DNA of 64,000 nt from Acidilobaceae archaeon. Lineage in GTDB: Archaea > Thermoproteota > Thermoprotei_A > Sulfolobales > Acidilobaceae. The notes under the pieces were generated by a model. It did not search any database, was not told the DNA's origin, and worked only from the letters and a program-made list of their open reading frames with translations. The number at the start of each line of letters is the position of its first letter. The stretch's first letter is position 1. The position numbers were made by a program, and so were the translations under genes. Positions 1 to 9,046 of this stretch are shown piece after piece. The DNA lies in NCBI GenBank assembly GCA_038824665.1, contig JAWBBK010000001.1, positions 352,001 to 416,000 of the forward strand. Reading direction: 5' to 3'.

Positions 1-664
1 TATCTCCGTTAAACGCAGTAGCTGGGTAGAAGTTGAGTGGTAGAAGCGCTAGCACGGTTGCCAGAACGACAACAGACGCCAGAAAGCCGAAGCTCGACTC
101 CTCTATTCCGACGGAGACCTGCATCAGAGCTATGAAAGACATAGCCGTCATAGATATTAGAGCGGTTGATAACATGACTCCGTTATACGCATCATACATA
201 TTGAATCCGTTTGTTGAGACCGTGTACGCTAGGAACACTAAGAGAGGGTAGATTATGGTGAGTCTAGCGAATCCGTTTAAAGGAATTAGAGGTCTTGGCG
301 TATATGCCTCAAGAAGCACAACAGGAAGCGCTGGAATGACTCCTGAAGCTATTTTCACATAGGCAGGAAGCGTTTTGAAGTCGTCTATGAGGCCTATGAT
401 CGTAGCCAGTAAGACGCTAAAGGCTGTAACCAGAGCTCTCTCGTTTTTCGTCATAGCGTAGACCAAGAGCATAGAGGTCGAGATCCCAATAGCGAGCGCT
501 AATCCTACGCTTTCGGGAACTTCGATTTTACATGGTTTATGCACATCTGTTCCTAAGTGTCCTATCTTCTTGAAGATCTTCGAGAGCGCGAAAGCAGAAG
601 TCGCAGTCAACACGAAAGAAGAAAGTCCAGCGATCATAGCTACCTTTAGCTCATCGAAAAGCAT
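1..664 (-). CDS. aglH: UDP-GlcNAc:dolichyl-phosphate GlcNAc-1-P transferase (MraY/GT4 family), 3' end outside window
   Basis: Not in ORF track. Manual translation from ATG 664 (GGGGG SD): MLFDELKVAMIAG...GTDVHKPCKIEVPESVG...GLIDDF...TNGFNMYDAYNG, motifs of GPT/AglH. Confidence 0.8.
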   Translation of the reverse strand, partial: MLFDELKVAMIAGLSSFVLTATSAFALSKIFKKIGHLGTDVHKPCKIEVPESVGLALAIGISTSMLLVYAMTKNERALVTAFSVLLATIIGLIDDFKTLPAYVKIASGVIPALPVVLLEAYTPRPLIPLNGFARLTIIYPLLVFLAYTVSTNGFNMYDAYNGVMLSTALISMTAMSFIALMQVSVGIEESSFGFLASVVVLATVLALLPLNFYPATAFNGD

Positions 665-1089
665 GAGAAACCCCCTTTACAACACACTTTCAGGACGATT
701 ACGTCTCCGTCTTTGAGTTTCAACTCTTCTCGTAACGAAACGTTTGAGATAAGCTCAATGACTTTGTCTCCGTGTTTGGTGACCAAAGGTCTTATCAGAT
801 AGACCTTTACAGTAGGTAATGTTTTCAGCTCTGCTGGGTAAGCTAGAACAGGGTTGAGCCAGGCCTTGTCTACCGGAGGCTTTACGACCACAGGCTCTCC
901 TTCAGCTAGACACTTCTTCAACTCTTCAAGTCCGTCTAACACTCGCATATTGAGTGTCCCAGGATAGGGCTTAAGTCCTAACGCTTCTTCAAAGCTTTTA
1001 GAGTAGAGTTCTACATAGTAAGCTCCTTCCTTCAGCCCTGATTCGACTAACGCCGTTATGTTTGTACAGATACAGTCCCTTTGCGCTAA
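646..1089 (-). CDS. ribK: CTP-dependent riboflavin kinase (start codon uncertain)
   Basis: Frame extends upstream of the track ORF: ALVESGLKEGAYYV...LGLKPYPGTLN; C-terminal VIELIS..LREELKLKDGD; no ATG/GTG/TTG before in-frame TAG at 1099-1101. Confidence 0.85.
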   Translation of the reverse strand, partial: LAQRDCICTNITALVESGLKEGAYYVELYSKSFEEALGLKPYPGTLNMRVLDGLEELKKCLAEGEPVVVKPPVDKAWLNPVLAYPAELKTLPTVKVYLIRPLVTKHGDKVIELISNVSLREELKLKDGDVIVLKVCCKGGFSCFSMS

Positions 1090-1161
1090 GACGTCTCCCT
1101 ATTTAAGGTCGCTTCAAGTAAACTTTAAGTAAACAAAGCTACCCTAGGAGGCCGTCTTGTC

Positions 1162-2322
1162 ATGAACTTCATAGAAGCTGACGTGGCTGTGGTCTATGGA
1201 AACGTTATCGAAAACGCTAAGATCCCAGCTCCTATCAGCGGTAGCTACAAGCTGGTGATCGTTCCTGGCTTTGTAGACGCACATGCTCATCCTCAGCTAG
1301 TAGATGGAGGACTAGAGTTCGCTAAAGTTTGGCGAGACTCCTATGAGTGGTTTGAGAACAGAAGGCTCTCTATTGATGAATTGAAGGTTAGGAGAGACCT
1401 AGAGCTATCAGAAAAGCTAGCGACGCTTACATTCGCTAGAGCTTTGCTTGAAGGAGTTACGTTCATAGCGATTACAGGAAGGCTTTTAGCCAACGTGAGA
1501 GCCTGGTTGAACATGCCCGCTAGACCTAGAGTTGCGTTTCTACCTTCAGTAATGGATAGAGCAGGATGGACCTTTAGAGAGCTCTCTATGGATTACGAGA
1601 AGGTCTCTATGATTGTTGAAGATGGAACAGCTAAGCTGGGAGTTTTCGTACACAGCTTAGGAACTTCTAGTTTAGATACCGTGAACTCTGCCATAAGGAT
1701 CGCTCTGAGAGAGGGGAAGATCTTAGGGTTGCACTTCAGCGAAGGAATCAACGAGGTTGAGAAGTTTGAAGAGGTCTTTGGAAAACCTCCTTATCCTATT
1801 AGGATAGTAACAGTTCATTGTATAGACGGCGATCTGAGACATAGAAACATACCGTGTGTAGCGTGTCCAGCTACTAACTTGGTTCTTTACAGGAGGATCA
1901 GGAGGTCTGTAGAGACGTATTCAGGCATAGGAAGCGACTGGCCTCTGATCTTAGGCACCTCTCCTCGACACTTCCCGTTAGTCGCTAGAGTCTATAGAGC
2001 TTCGATACAGAAACTCATATCTCTATATACTATCGAGGGCTATAGAGTCTATTCCATGCCTCACGACGGAGACCTCGTAGCTTATGATGAAGACCTCGAT
2101 CTGGTGATTGAAGGCAAGGCTTTACCGAGCCTCGTTACCGTAGCCGGCAAAGTTGTAGTCGAGGAAAAGAGACTTATAGAGAGTGAACTCATGCTCTCCG
2201 ATATAGAGAAGAAGATAGAAGAAGCAATAAGAGAAGCTTACGAGCGATACAAGACAGATGACAGTCTCAGACCTCCAAGACCTCTCGGGGTCGAGGAGAT
2301 CCTCAGTTTTGCTTCGCTCTAA
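1162..2322 (+). CDS. Metal-dependent amidohydrolase (SAH/cytosine deaminase-like superfamily)
   Basis: PGFVDAHAH, LHFSEG, VHC, CPATN and GSD motifs; AGGAGG SD. Confidence 0.8.
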   Translation: MNFIEADVAVVYGNVIENAKIPAPISGSYKLVIVPGFVDAHAHPQLVDGGLEFAKVWRDSYEWFENRRLSIDELKVRRDLELSEKLATLTFARALLEGVTFIAITGRLLANVRAWLNMPARPRVAFLPSVMDRAGWTFRELSMDYEKVSMIVEDGTAKLGVFVHSLGTSSLDTVNSAIRIALREGKILGLHFSEGINEVEKFEEVFGKPPYPIRIVTVHCIDGDLRHRNIPCVACPATNLVLYRRIRRSVETYSGIGSDWPLILGTSPRHFPLVARVYRASIQKLISLYTIEGYRVYSMPHDGDLVAYDEDLDLVIEGKALPSLVTVAGKVVVEEKRLIESELMLSDIEKKIEEAIREAYERYKTDDSLRPPRPLGVEEILSFASL

Positions 2323-2512
2323 GCTTTTTCAAGATAGCTCCTAAGACCATAAGAGAGATGTAAGCAACTATGATCGCTAGAAGAGCTAAAGCTAACCTGA
2401 GATTTACTACAGCAACTCTTGAAATAAAGAAAAAGAAAAGAAGGAGAACAGCTAGCGTGAGCATTGAGAAGAGTTCTTTCAAGAATCTCCTAAAGCTGCT
2501 CGAACCTCCCAT
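2303..2512 (-). CDS. Small two-TM membrane protein
   Basis: 69 aa with two hydrophobic segments and basic flanks. Confidence 0.6.
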   Translation of the reverse strand: MGGSSSFRRFLKELFSMLTLAVLLLFFFFISRVAVVNLRLALALLAIIVAYISLMVLGAILKKLRAKQN

Positions 2513-2607
2513 ATCTGTTCATCCAAACGCTTAACGCGCTCAAAGTATTTAGCGTGTATGAGTTCTCATCGCTAACGATAATAGCTTCAAAGTTCGACTA
2601 GCACAAA

Positions 2608-2666
2608 GGCGGGATGAAGAATCGCAAACCGAGGCTACGATGGCCTAGAGCTCTCGCACGACCGCC
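2608..2666 (+). ncRNA. Candidate box C/D-like (K-turn) small RNA
   Basis: Terminal stem GGCGG/CCGCC encloses C-like ATGAAGA (2614-2620), CCGA and D-like ACGA; GC-rich island in intergenic DNA. Confidence 0.4.
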
Positions 2667-2754
2667 GCTTCTTTAAGAGAACCAACCTAACGTGCGAGTT
2701 AGCGTTAAATTTTAATTATTTGGTTTACTTGGTTTGTGAAAGCAGAGGTGTGAA

Positions 2755-3939
2755 ATGTTGGTAACACGCAATATAGCTTTCTTTCTCGCTTTATTGCTTT
2801 TGCTGTATTCTCTACCAGTTTTAGCTCTCTCGCCTTCTCCTATCAGCTTCGTCGTAACGGACAACATAATGAAAGTGACTACTCCCTACTACTCTCTTTC
2901 GTTAGACCTCAAACAGGGTCTACATATCCTCTCTTGGTCGATAGGAGGTATAAACGTCGAGTGGAAAGAGGTCAATGCCGTAGTCTTAGACTTATGCTCT
3001 CTTAATGGTGTTGAGAAGGGGGCTTCTCCTCTCAACAAAGCTGAGTGGTCTCACGAAGTGCTTGTAGGCTCAGGAGAAGTCCTCAGAGTCTTGCTGAAGC
3101 CTAAGGACGAGAACACGTGTCTCTCGCCTCTCAACGTTGAAGTCATACTTAGCTTTTACTCTTGGCTTCCCTATATAGAAATCGAAGCTACAATCTCGAA
3201 CCCTTCAAACGAAACAGTTAGACTGGTCGGCTCTAAAGGGACTCCAGCACTTTCGCTCAGTCTACCTTCAGCTGTAGGTTCTAGAGCGCTGTTGTTGACT
3301 TTCGATCTCTCAGGTCTAACCATACACAAAGACTCTGGAGTATATCCTAAGCAACGACTTCAATCTATAGCTCTAGCCATGTTTGCAAACGACTCGCTGA
3401 GATTCATCTATGGACTCTCAGACCTTTCAAAAGAAGAATACAGTCTTCTCATCTTTGAGAATAACGATAAAAAAGCATGGCTCGACGTGTTGCTCAGCTC
3501 TCGAGAAATCAGTTCGGGAGCTAGATTCGTGTTCAACTTCAAACTGACATTGGTCTTCAACGACCCTGCTGTAGCCTCTTTTGCTGGTCTAGCTCCAGTC
3601 TATGCGGCTTTAGAGCCTAACAGGTTTAAAGAAATGCTTGAAATGCTTCCACTCGAAAAACATATGGAAGACGTCAAGCAGACTATAGAGAGTCTCAGAG
3701 CGACTAACGAAATGCTCGAGGCTAAAACAAAAGAGCTCGAGAGCTTAGTTGAGTTCTGGAAGAAAGAGGTCAAAGTGAGAGAGGAGAGTTTACAAAGTCT
3801 AGAGACCAGGCTAGAGAAAGAGACATTACTTGTTATGGGAGTTGCGGCTCTAGGTATTGTGCTAGGGTTCTTCGGAGGAGTTTTAGCTCATAGAGCTAAG
3901 GTCGAGCATGAGAGAGGTAGGATAGCTAGAAGGAGGTGA
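2755..3939 (+). CDS. Secreted, C-terminally membrane-anchored protein with coiled-coil stalk
   Basis: Signal peptide, beta-rich domain, heptad region, C-terminal TM and basic tail; GAGGTG SD. Confidence 0.75.
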   Translation: MLVTRNIAFFLALLLLLYSLPVLALSPSPISFVVTDNIMKVTTPYYSLSLDLKQGLHILSWSIGGINVEWKEVNAVVLDLCSLNGVEKGASPLNKAEWSHEVLVGSGEVLRVLLKPKDENTCLSPLNVEVILSFYSWLPYIEIEATISNPSNETVRLVGSKGTPALSLSLPSAVGSRALLLTFDLSGLTIHKDSGVYPKQRLQSIALAMFANDSLRFIYGLSDLSKEEYSLLIFENNDKKAWLDVLLSSREISSGARFVFNFKLTLVFNDPAVASFAGLAPVYAALEPNRFKEMLEMLPLEKHMEDVKQTIESLRATNEMLEAKTKELESLVEFWKKEVKVREESLQSLETRLEKETLLVMGVAALGIVLGFFGGVLAHRAKVEHERGRIARRR

Positions 3940-3951
3940 GTTTCGATCAGT

Positions 3952-4954
3952 CTGAAAAGATACCCCTTTCCTTAGCGATCCCGAGTCTTATGCTTCAGTT
4001 AGGCTTTCGGTAGCGAGAGCGTTTGTTGAGCTTATAGCTTCCGATGAAGAGCTAATTAAAAGAAGTCTCGAAAGAGTAAGGGCAGCCGTAGAGGGAAGGC
4101 TGGAAGAGTTTACAAACAGATTAGACGTGGACTCTCAAGTATACACCTTCTGGCTCGCTTTGCTAGCGCTTCGCGAAGCTGGAAGCGTTAGGTTGTTCAG
4201 AAGTTTTGTTGAAAAAGAGCTAGAGCTAGCATACAAACACCTGCTTTCAGAAGAAGACAGAGACGTATTGAAGATTGCTGAGAGCTTAGGGCTGAAAGCG
4301 ATTAGCAAAGAACTCAAAGTTCCAGTCTATCGCGATAAAAGAGATAGACTTCACTATAAGATCTTCAGCTACGCAGTGTCTGTGAGAGACTTCTTAAAGG
4401 TCTCAGCAAGGTCTAGAGAAAGTAAGTTAAAACTCACTAACATGCCGGTCAAGGAGGGAACTGTATATCTCGATGGAGAGATGCTTCGAGAACTCGTGCT
4501 AGCGATGTTTAAAGTGAAGATGTTCGACAAGCTAAATGAGCTAGAAGCTCCAGAGACGTCAGCTTTCAGAAAGCTAGTAGAGGAGTTGAGAAGAGCAGAG
4601 CTGATAGCGGTCAGTGGCTTCGATAAGCACTTGTTGCCTAATTGTATTAAGGAAATTTTAGAGAGAGCAGGTCATGGTGAGTTGAGCGATGCAGAAATCC
4701 ATACGCTTTTGTCTTTTTTAAAACGAATTGAGACACCAAGAGAGGCAGTGGTAGAGATGTTAATGACTCTAGATATGAACAGCGACTTAGCTGAAACCAT
4801 AGCGTTAGCTCTAGAAGAGGTGGACTCTCCAGGTCCTCTCAAGTGTGAAGAGCTGAAAAAAAGAGAGATCTGCGACTGCGAGAAAGACCTTACTCTAGAG
4901 TATTCAGACCGCAAAGCCCAGGTGTCTCAGAGAGCTCTTGAGAAAGGTCGGTGA
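3952..4954 (+). CDS. priL: DNA primase large subunit; apparent +1 frameshift near 3963-3967
   Basis: KRYPF(L) N-terminal motif split over two frames at TACCCCTTTC; L.N.PVKEG.VYL, PNCI and C-terminal Cys cluster. Confidence 0.7.
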
Positions 4955-5516
4955 GCCTCTTCCTAGATTCTCTGAATAGAGCGTTAGCCTCAGAGACCAA
5001 GATCTCAAGTTTTGACTCGTTGAAAAGGTCTACGCCTTTTAGTCTTAAAGGAACGATCATTTGAATGCTACTCATGAGTTCGAGAGAGTAGCCGAGTCTT
5101 GAATGTCTCGACACAACTCCGCTATGCTTAAACCCGTGCTTTCTGGCTAGACTCAGAGCGTAAAACGCGCAAGCGAGTCTCGGAGTTCTGAAATGTATTA
5201 TCGGTCCGCTAACTTTAAGCCACAACGTCGAGAAGCCTCTAGCTAGCGTTTTGTTGAGTTCAGAAATCTCTATGAAGTCATGAGTTTTGTATACTACTCT
5301 TGCTCTCTTTCTGCTCCAATGCTCTTCTCCTTCAACTAAGGTTATCCTCCCAATACAACTGCTTGTTGTGAGTAGCAAAGGAGGAGAGTTAAGCTTGTTC
5401 AAAACCTCTTCTGCTCCTGGATCCAGATATCCTATAAGCCTCTCTTCGAGAAGTCCTTCAAGTACTGACTTTTTGTATTTGAGCCAACTCTCAAGCTCTA
5501 TGCTCGACTTCAGCAT
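4890..5516 (-). CDS. taw3: tRNA wybutosine/wyosine methyltransferase Taw3
   Basis: GYLD, TTSSCIGRI, PIIH and GFKHSG motifs of TYW3. Confidence 0.9.
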   Translation of the reverse strand: MLKSSIELESWLKYKKSVLEGLLEERLIGYLDPGAEEVLNKLNSPPLLLTTSSCIGRITLVEGEEHWSRKRARVVYKTHDFIEISELNKTLARGFSTLWLKVSGPIIHFRTPRLACAFYALSLARKHGFKHSGVVSRHSRLGYSLELMSSIQMIVPLRLKGVDLFNESKLEILVSEANALFRESRKRLTDLSQELSETPGLCGLNTLE

Positions 5517-6345
5517 CGACCACCACTTGAACTCGTTTGGGTCCTACTTTCCTAACGGGTCTTGAGCTAAGCGAGATTGTCTTCCAACCTAGCTCTTCAA
5601 GTCTCTGCGACACCATTCTCTCCGCTTCCTTTAAGAACTTCTTCTCTTTGTCCATCAGCAGATGGAGATAGAAATGCATCCACCCTCTTTCCTCTTTTAG
5701 AGCCTTCAGAGCATAGGGAGTATACTCGAGAGCTAGGTCAGGTAAAGGCATTAAGACCCTGTTGGCTACTCCTATTAGCTTCTCTTCTACTACCTTAGCG
5801 GCATCACCTAAGTGTGCGATCACCCTATCAGCTACTTTGTTAAGAGCTATGTTCTCAAGCATGAGCTGATAGGCATGTTCATTTATGTCTATACTGTGAA
5901 CTAGTTTGACATCAGACCTCTTGGCTATTATTATCGAGAACGTGCCAACTCCGGCGAACATGTTTACAACTATCTCTCCTGACTTTACGAGTTTAGCTAC
6001 TCTGAGATGTTCATAGGAAAGCCTAGGAGTGATAAACACTTTAGCTACATCAACCTTGAAGACGCATCCGTGTTCTTTATAGTAGGTGACAGTCTTTGGC
6101 TCTCCGGCTAGGTGAATGAGCCTTCTGGTTTTAAAAGGAGGCTCGGTAGGACTAACGGCAAGCCATACAGACTTCACGTATGGAATGCGTTTCATCAACT
6201 CCTCAGCCACAGCTCTGAAGTCTTCGAGAGTTAGATTAGAAGAAAACGGTTTCTTCATGACAGCTATGTCTCCAACTATCTCAAGAGACTTCCACACTTC
6301 TCTTGCCTTCTCTCTTCCTAACACTTCTTCAGCTATGACTCTCAC
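5491..6345 (-). CDS. trm5: tRNA G37 methyltransferase, Trm5/Taw2 (Met-10+) family
   Basis: IVGDIA, YKEHGC.FKVD, PRLSYE, NMFAGVG.F and RVLMPLP motifs; adjacent to taw3. Confidence 0.8.
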   Translation of the reverse strand: MRVIAEEVLGREKAREVWKSLEIVGDIAVMKKPFSSNLTLEDFRAVAEELMKRIPYVKSVWLAVSPTEPPFKTRRLIHLAGEPKTVTYYKEHGCVFKVDVAKVFITPRLSYEHLRVAKLVKSGEIVVNMFAGVGTFSIIIAKRSDVKLVHSIDINEHAYQLMLENIALNKVADRVIAHLGDAAKVVEEKLIGVANRVLMPLPDLALEYTPYALKALKEERGWMHFYLHLLMDKEKKFLKEAERMVSQRLEELGWKTISLSSRPVRKVGPKRVQVVVDAEVEHRA

Positions 6346-6370
6346 TATCCTGCTCGCTTTCAGACACCTC

Positions 6371-6424
6371 CTTCAGTCGGGATGGATTCTATCACCGCTC
6401 AATGTTGGAGTCACTCATCACCGC
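6371..6424 (-). ncRNA. Box C/D methylation guide sRNA
   Basis: Minus strand: C GTGATGA, 12-nt guide, D' TTGA, C' GTGATAG, 12-nt guide, D CTGA. Confidence 0.75.
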
Positions 6425-6816
6425 TTTCTGCTATGCTTCCAGACTTAATCAGGTCTAGTCTTCTTTCTGAGTTCAAGGTCGTTTAACTTCAGCTTTCTCT
6501 CTTCTAGTCGCGTTCGTCACAAAGCTCTTAACGATATCTACTGTTTTTACATCTTGTAGTCTAATTCGTCTATCTTCTCAGAGCTTCTGCTCGTTGTTTC
6601 GACTTAGACTCTTAGCCCTATAGTTGAGCTTGTCGTAAATTTGAACGAACTCTACGACTGTTCAAACAATGAGCTTCTTGACTGTAAGTCTAAGGAGAGG
6701 TTCTAAACTAAGCAGAAACATCAGGAATAGACAACGGGAGACGTTTAAGAAAAGAAAAATGTCAAGTTTTTGTTGCGATACCGCCATATTCACGCTAATC
6801 TTAAATTAATCGACCT

Positions 6817-7056
6817 TTACGACAGAATCTCTATCGTCACTATCGAGAGTAGCATTGAAATAATAAATTTTGAGCTAACCTTAAACTCTTCGGTGCCTAT
6901 GTATAGCTCAGGTAGTAGAGGTAGTAGAACACCCAGTCCCACCCACATCGCGATTAAGACCGAGATTAGCAATATCTCCCGCACGTATCTATCGCTTAAG
7001 AGCGTCTTCAACAACGTTCTCTTTACGGTTCCATACATTCCTCTAGCTTTGCGCAC
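6817..7056 (-). CDS. Small membrane protein
   Basis: 79 aa with two hydrophobic stretches; GGAGG SD overlapping the start region. Confidence 0.5.
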   Translation of the reverse strand: MRKARGMYGTVKRTLLKTLLSDRYVREILLISVLIAMWVGLGVLLPLLPELYIGTEEFKVSSKFIISMLLSIVTIEILS

Positions 7057-7231
7057 CTCCTTCTTACCTTGGTTTGTATAATGTAGGTCAGAGGAAATAA
7101 AGCTTGTGCTCGACTATTGCTTGCAGTAGCAAGTACCTTAAGAACTTAGAGTCAGGTCAGGGATAAATAAGAGTTCTAGGACGGTCATGTTGAAGACAAT
7201 GCCTCTAAACGAGTTATGATTCTGCTCTTCT

Positions 7232-8005
7232 CTATCGTCGTTCAGATTTCCCTATAACCACCATAGCTTTGAGGTCTCTCAACACCATTGCCTCAACTCC
7301 ATAGACCTTTTCTACCAGCTGAGAGGTTAGAACCTCTTCAGGATGTCCTTCTGCCACCACCTCTCCGCTGTTGAGCACATAGACCCTGTCGGAAAGCCTC
7401 ATGGCTTGAGTGAGGTCGTGAAGCGCAACCAATACCGCTATCCTCTTCTCTTTAGCTATTCTGGATATAGCTTCCGCTATCTCTAACTGGTTTCTCAAAT
7501 CTAGCTGTGACGTAGGCTCGTCTAGTAGAAGCACTTGAGGTTCAACAGCTAGAGCTCTAGCTATAGAGACCAGCTGAAGCTCTCCACCGCTAACTCTCAA
7601 AACGCTCTTCTCGACTAGATGTTCTGCTCCTACAGTTCTGAGAGCTCTAAGAGCGATCTCATAATCTCTTCTCGTAGGAGCGAGCTTTATCCAAGGTCTT
7701 CTTCCAGTTAACACGAAGTCTATGACTGAGATGTCTTCAAGAGCCTGTAGTCTTTGAGGAACGTAGCCTACGAGCTTAGCGATCTGCTCTCTAGGAGCTC
7801 TTAACACATCAACTCCGTCTATGAATATACTACCTCTTCTGGGTTTGACTAAGCCAGCTATGGCTCTAAGAAGCGTGGTTTTCCCGACGCCGTTAGGACC
7901 TACTAGCGCTACCAGCTCTCCAGCGTTAGCTCTTAGAGAAACCTCTTTTAACACTATACGAGAACCATAAGAGACCTCTAAGTCTTGAACTTCTACTTTA
8001 CTCAC
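7232..8005 (-). CDS. ABC transporter ATPase, iron-chelate/cobalamin type (FepC/BtuD-like)
   Basis: GPNGVGKT, VSGGE, LLLDEPT and HDL motifs. Confidence 0.9.
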   Translation of the reverse strand: MSKVEVQDLEVSYGSRIVLKEVSLRANAGELVALVGPNGVGKTTLLRAIAGLVKPRRGSIFIDGVDVLRAPREQIAKLVGYVPQRLQALEDISVIDFVLTGRRPWIKLAPTRRDYEIALRALRTVGAEHLVEKSVLRVSGGELQLVSIARALAVEPQVLLLDEPTSQLDLRNQLEIAEAISRIAKEKRIAVLVALHDLTQAMRLSDRVYVLNSGEVVAEGHPEEVLTSQLVEKVYGVEAMVLRDLKAMVVIGKSERR

Positions 8006-9032
8006 GTCTAAACACCTCTCTTCCTAGCAGTAACGCTATGAGAAGAGGAGCTCCCAGAAGTGAGCCTACAACTCCTACCGGTAATGTCGCAGGAGATATG
8101 ATAGATCTGCCCACAGCGTCAGCTAACACCACCAGAAGAGCTCCCGTTATCGAGGCCGTTAAGACAACGAACCTATAGCTATGTCCTACTAAAAGTCTCG
8201 CTATATGTGGAGCTAGTAAACATATAAACGCGAGAACTCCCATGAACGCTGTAACCAGAGCTGCTGCAATCGTAGCGACTAGAGCTAACTCCAAACGGGC
8301 TCTACGAGGATCGACTCCAGAAGAGGCCGCTATCTCGTCTCCCATGCTCAGAAGGTCTAGGTCGAGTCTGAGAGATCTGATGATGAGATAAATTACCGCT
8401 ATGAGAGTTGGTACAGATATGAAGTAAAGTTCTTGCCAAGCTGGTCTACCGACGTCTCCAAAAAGCCAGAAAGTCAGCATAGCGACTCTTATCTCGTTGA
8501 ACTTTAGGTACTGAATTAGGTTAACTAGAGCTCCGTAAAAGAAGCTCATAGATATAGCGGCTAATATCAGAGCTCTCTCAGTAAGCCCTGCTACATAGGC
8601 TAGAGATAAGACTATAGCTAGCTGAACGAAGGCTGAAGTCAGAGCAGCTAGAGCGAGTAAGTAGGGACTCTCAACCGCTATAAAGGCTCTTTCAACTCTA
8701 CCTCCTAACTCGAAAACCAAGAGAGCAACAGCTACTCCTAGAGCTGCAGCTTGAGATATGCCTAACGTGAAAGGCGAAGCTAGAGGGTTTCTCAAAGCTG
8801 ATTGCATTGTAGCTCCTGCAACTCCTAGAGCGAACCCAGCTAGAAGAGCTGAAGCTAATCTTCTGAGCCTCAAGTTTGCGATCAATGAGATCGAAGGGTC
8901 GTCGTTAAGACCTATCGTACTTTTCAACACGTCCACAACAGAGATGTCATAAGCTCCAGTAGAGAGGTGGTAAGCAGATACGATCAGAAGAGCGAGAACT
9001 AGTAAAGAGAGAACGAAGACTTTTCTTCCCAT
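7998..9032 (-). CDS. FecCD/BtuC-type ABC permease
   Basis: GATMQSALRNPLASPFTLGIS, PHIAR and LPVGVV motifs. Confidence 0.9.
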   Translation of the reverse strand: MGRKVFVLSLLVLALLIVSAYHLSTGAYDISVVDVLKSTIGLNDDPSISLIANLRLRRLASALLAGFALGVAGATMQSALRNPLASPFTLGISQAAALGVAVALLVFELGGRVERAFIAVESPYLLALAALTSAFVQLAIVLSLAYVAGLTERALILAAISMSFFYGALVNLIQYLKFNEIRVAMLTFWLFGDVGRPAWQELYFISVPTLIAVIYLIIRSLRLDLDLLSMGDEIAASSGVDPRRARLELALVATIAAALVTAFMGVLAFICLLAPHIARLLVGHSYRFVVLTASITGALLVVLADAVGRSIISPATLPVGVVGSLLGAPLLIALLLGREVFRRE

Positions 9033-9046
9033 GGCTATAGCTACCT

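Noticed and set aside
33-251. Plus-strand 72-aa ORF and the many other short antisense ORFs in the track
   Set aside because: They are shadows of well-supported genes on the opposite strand (here aglH) and show no motifs
6430-6810. About 380 bp without a convincing gene
   Set aside because: The frames I read by hand are interrupted by stops, with no recognisable motif or repeat; possibly a decayed gene but unsupported
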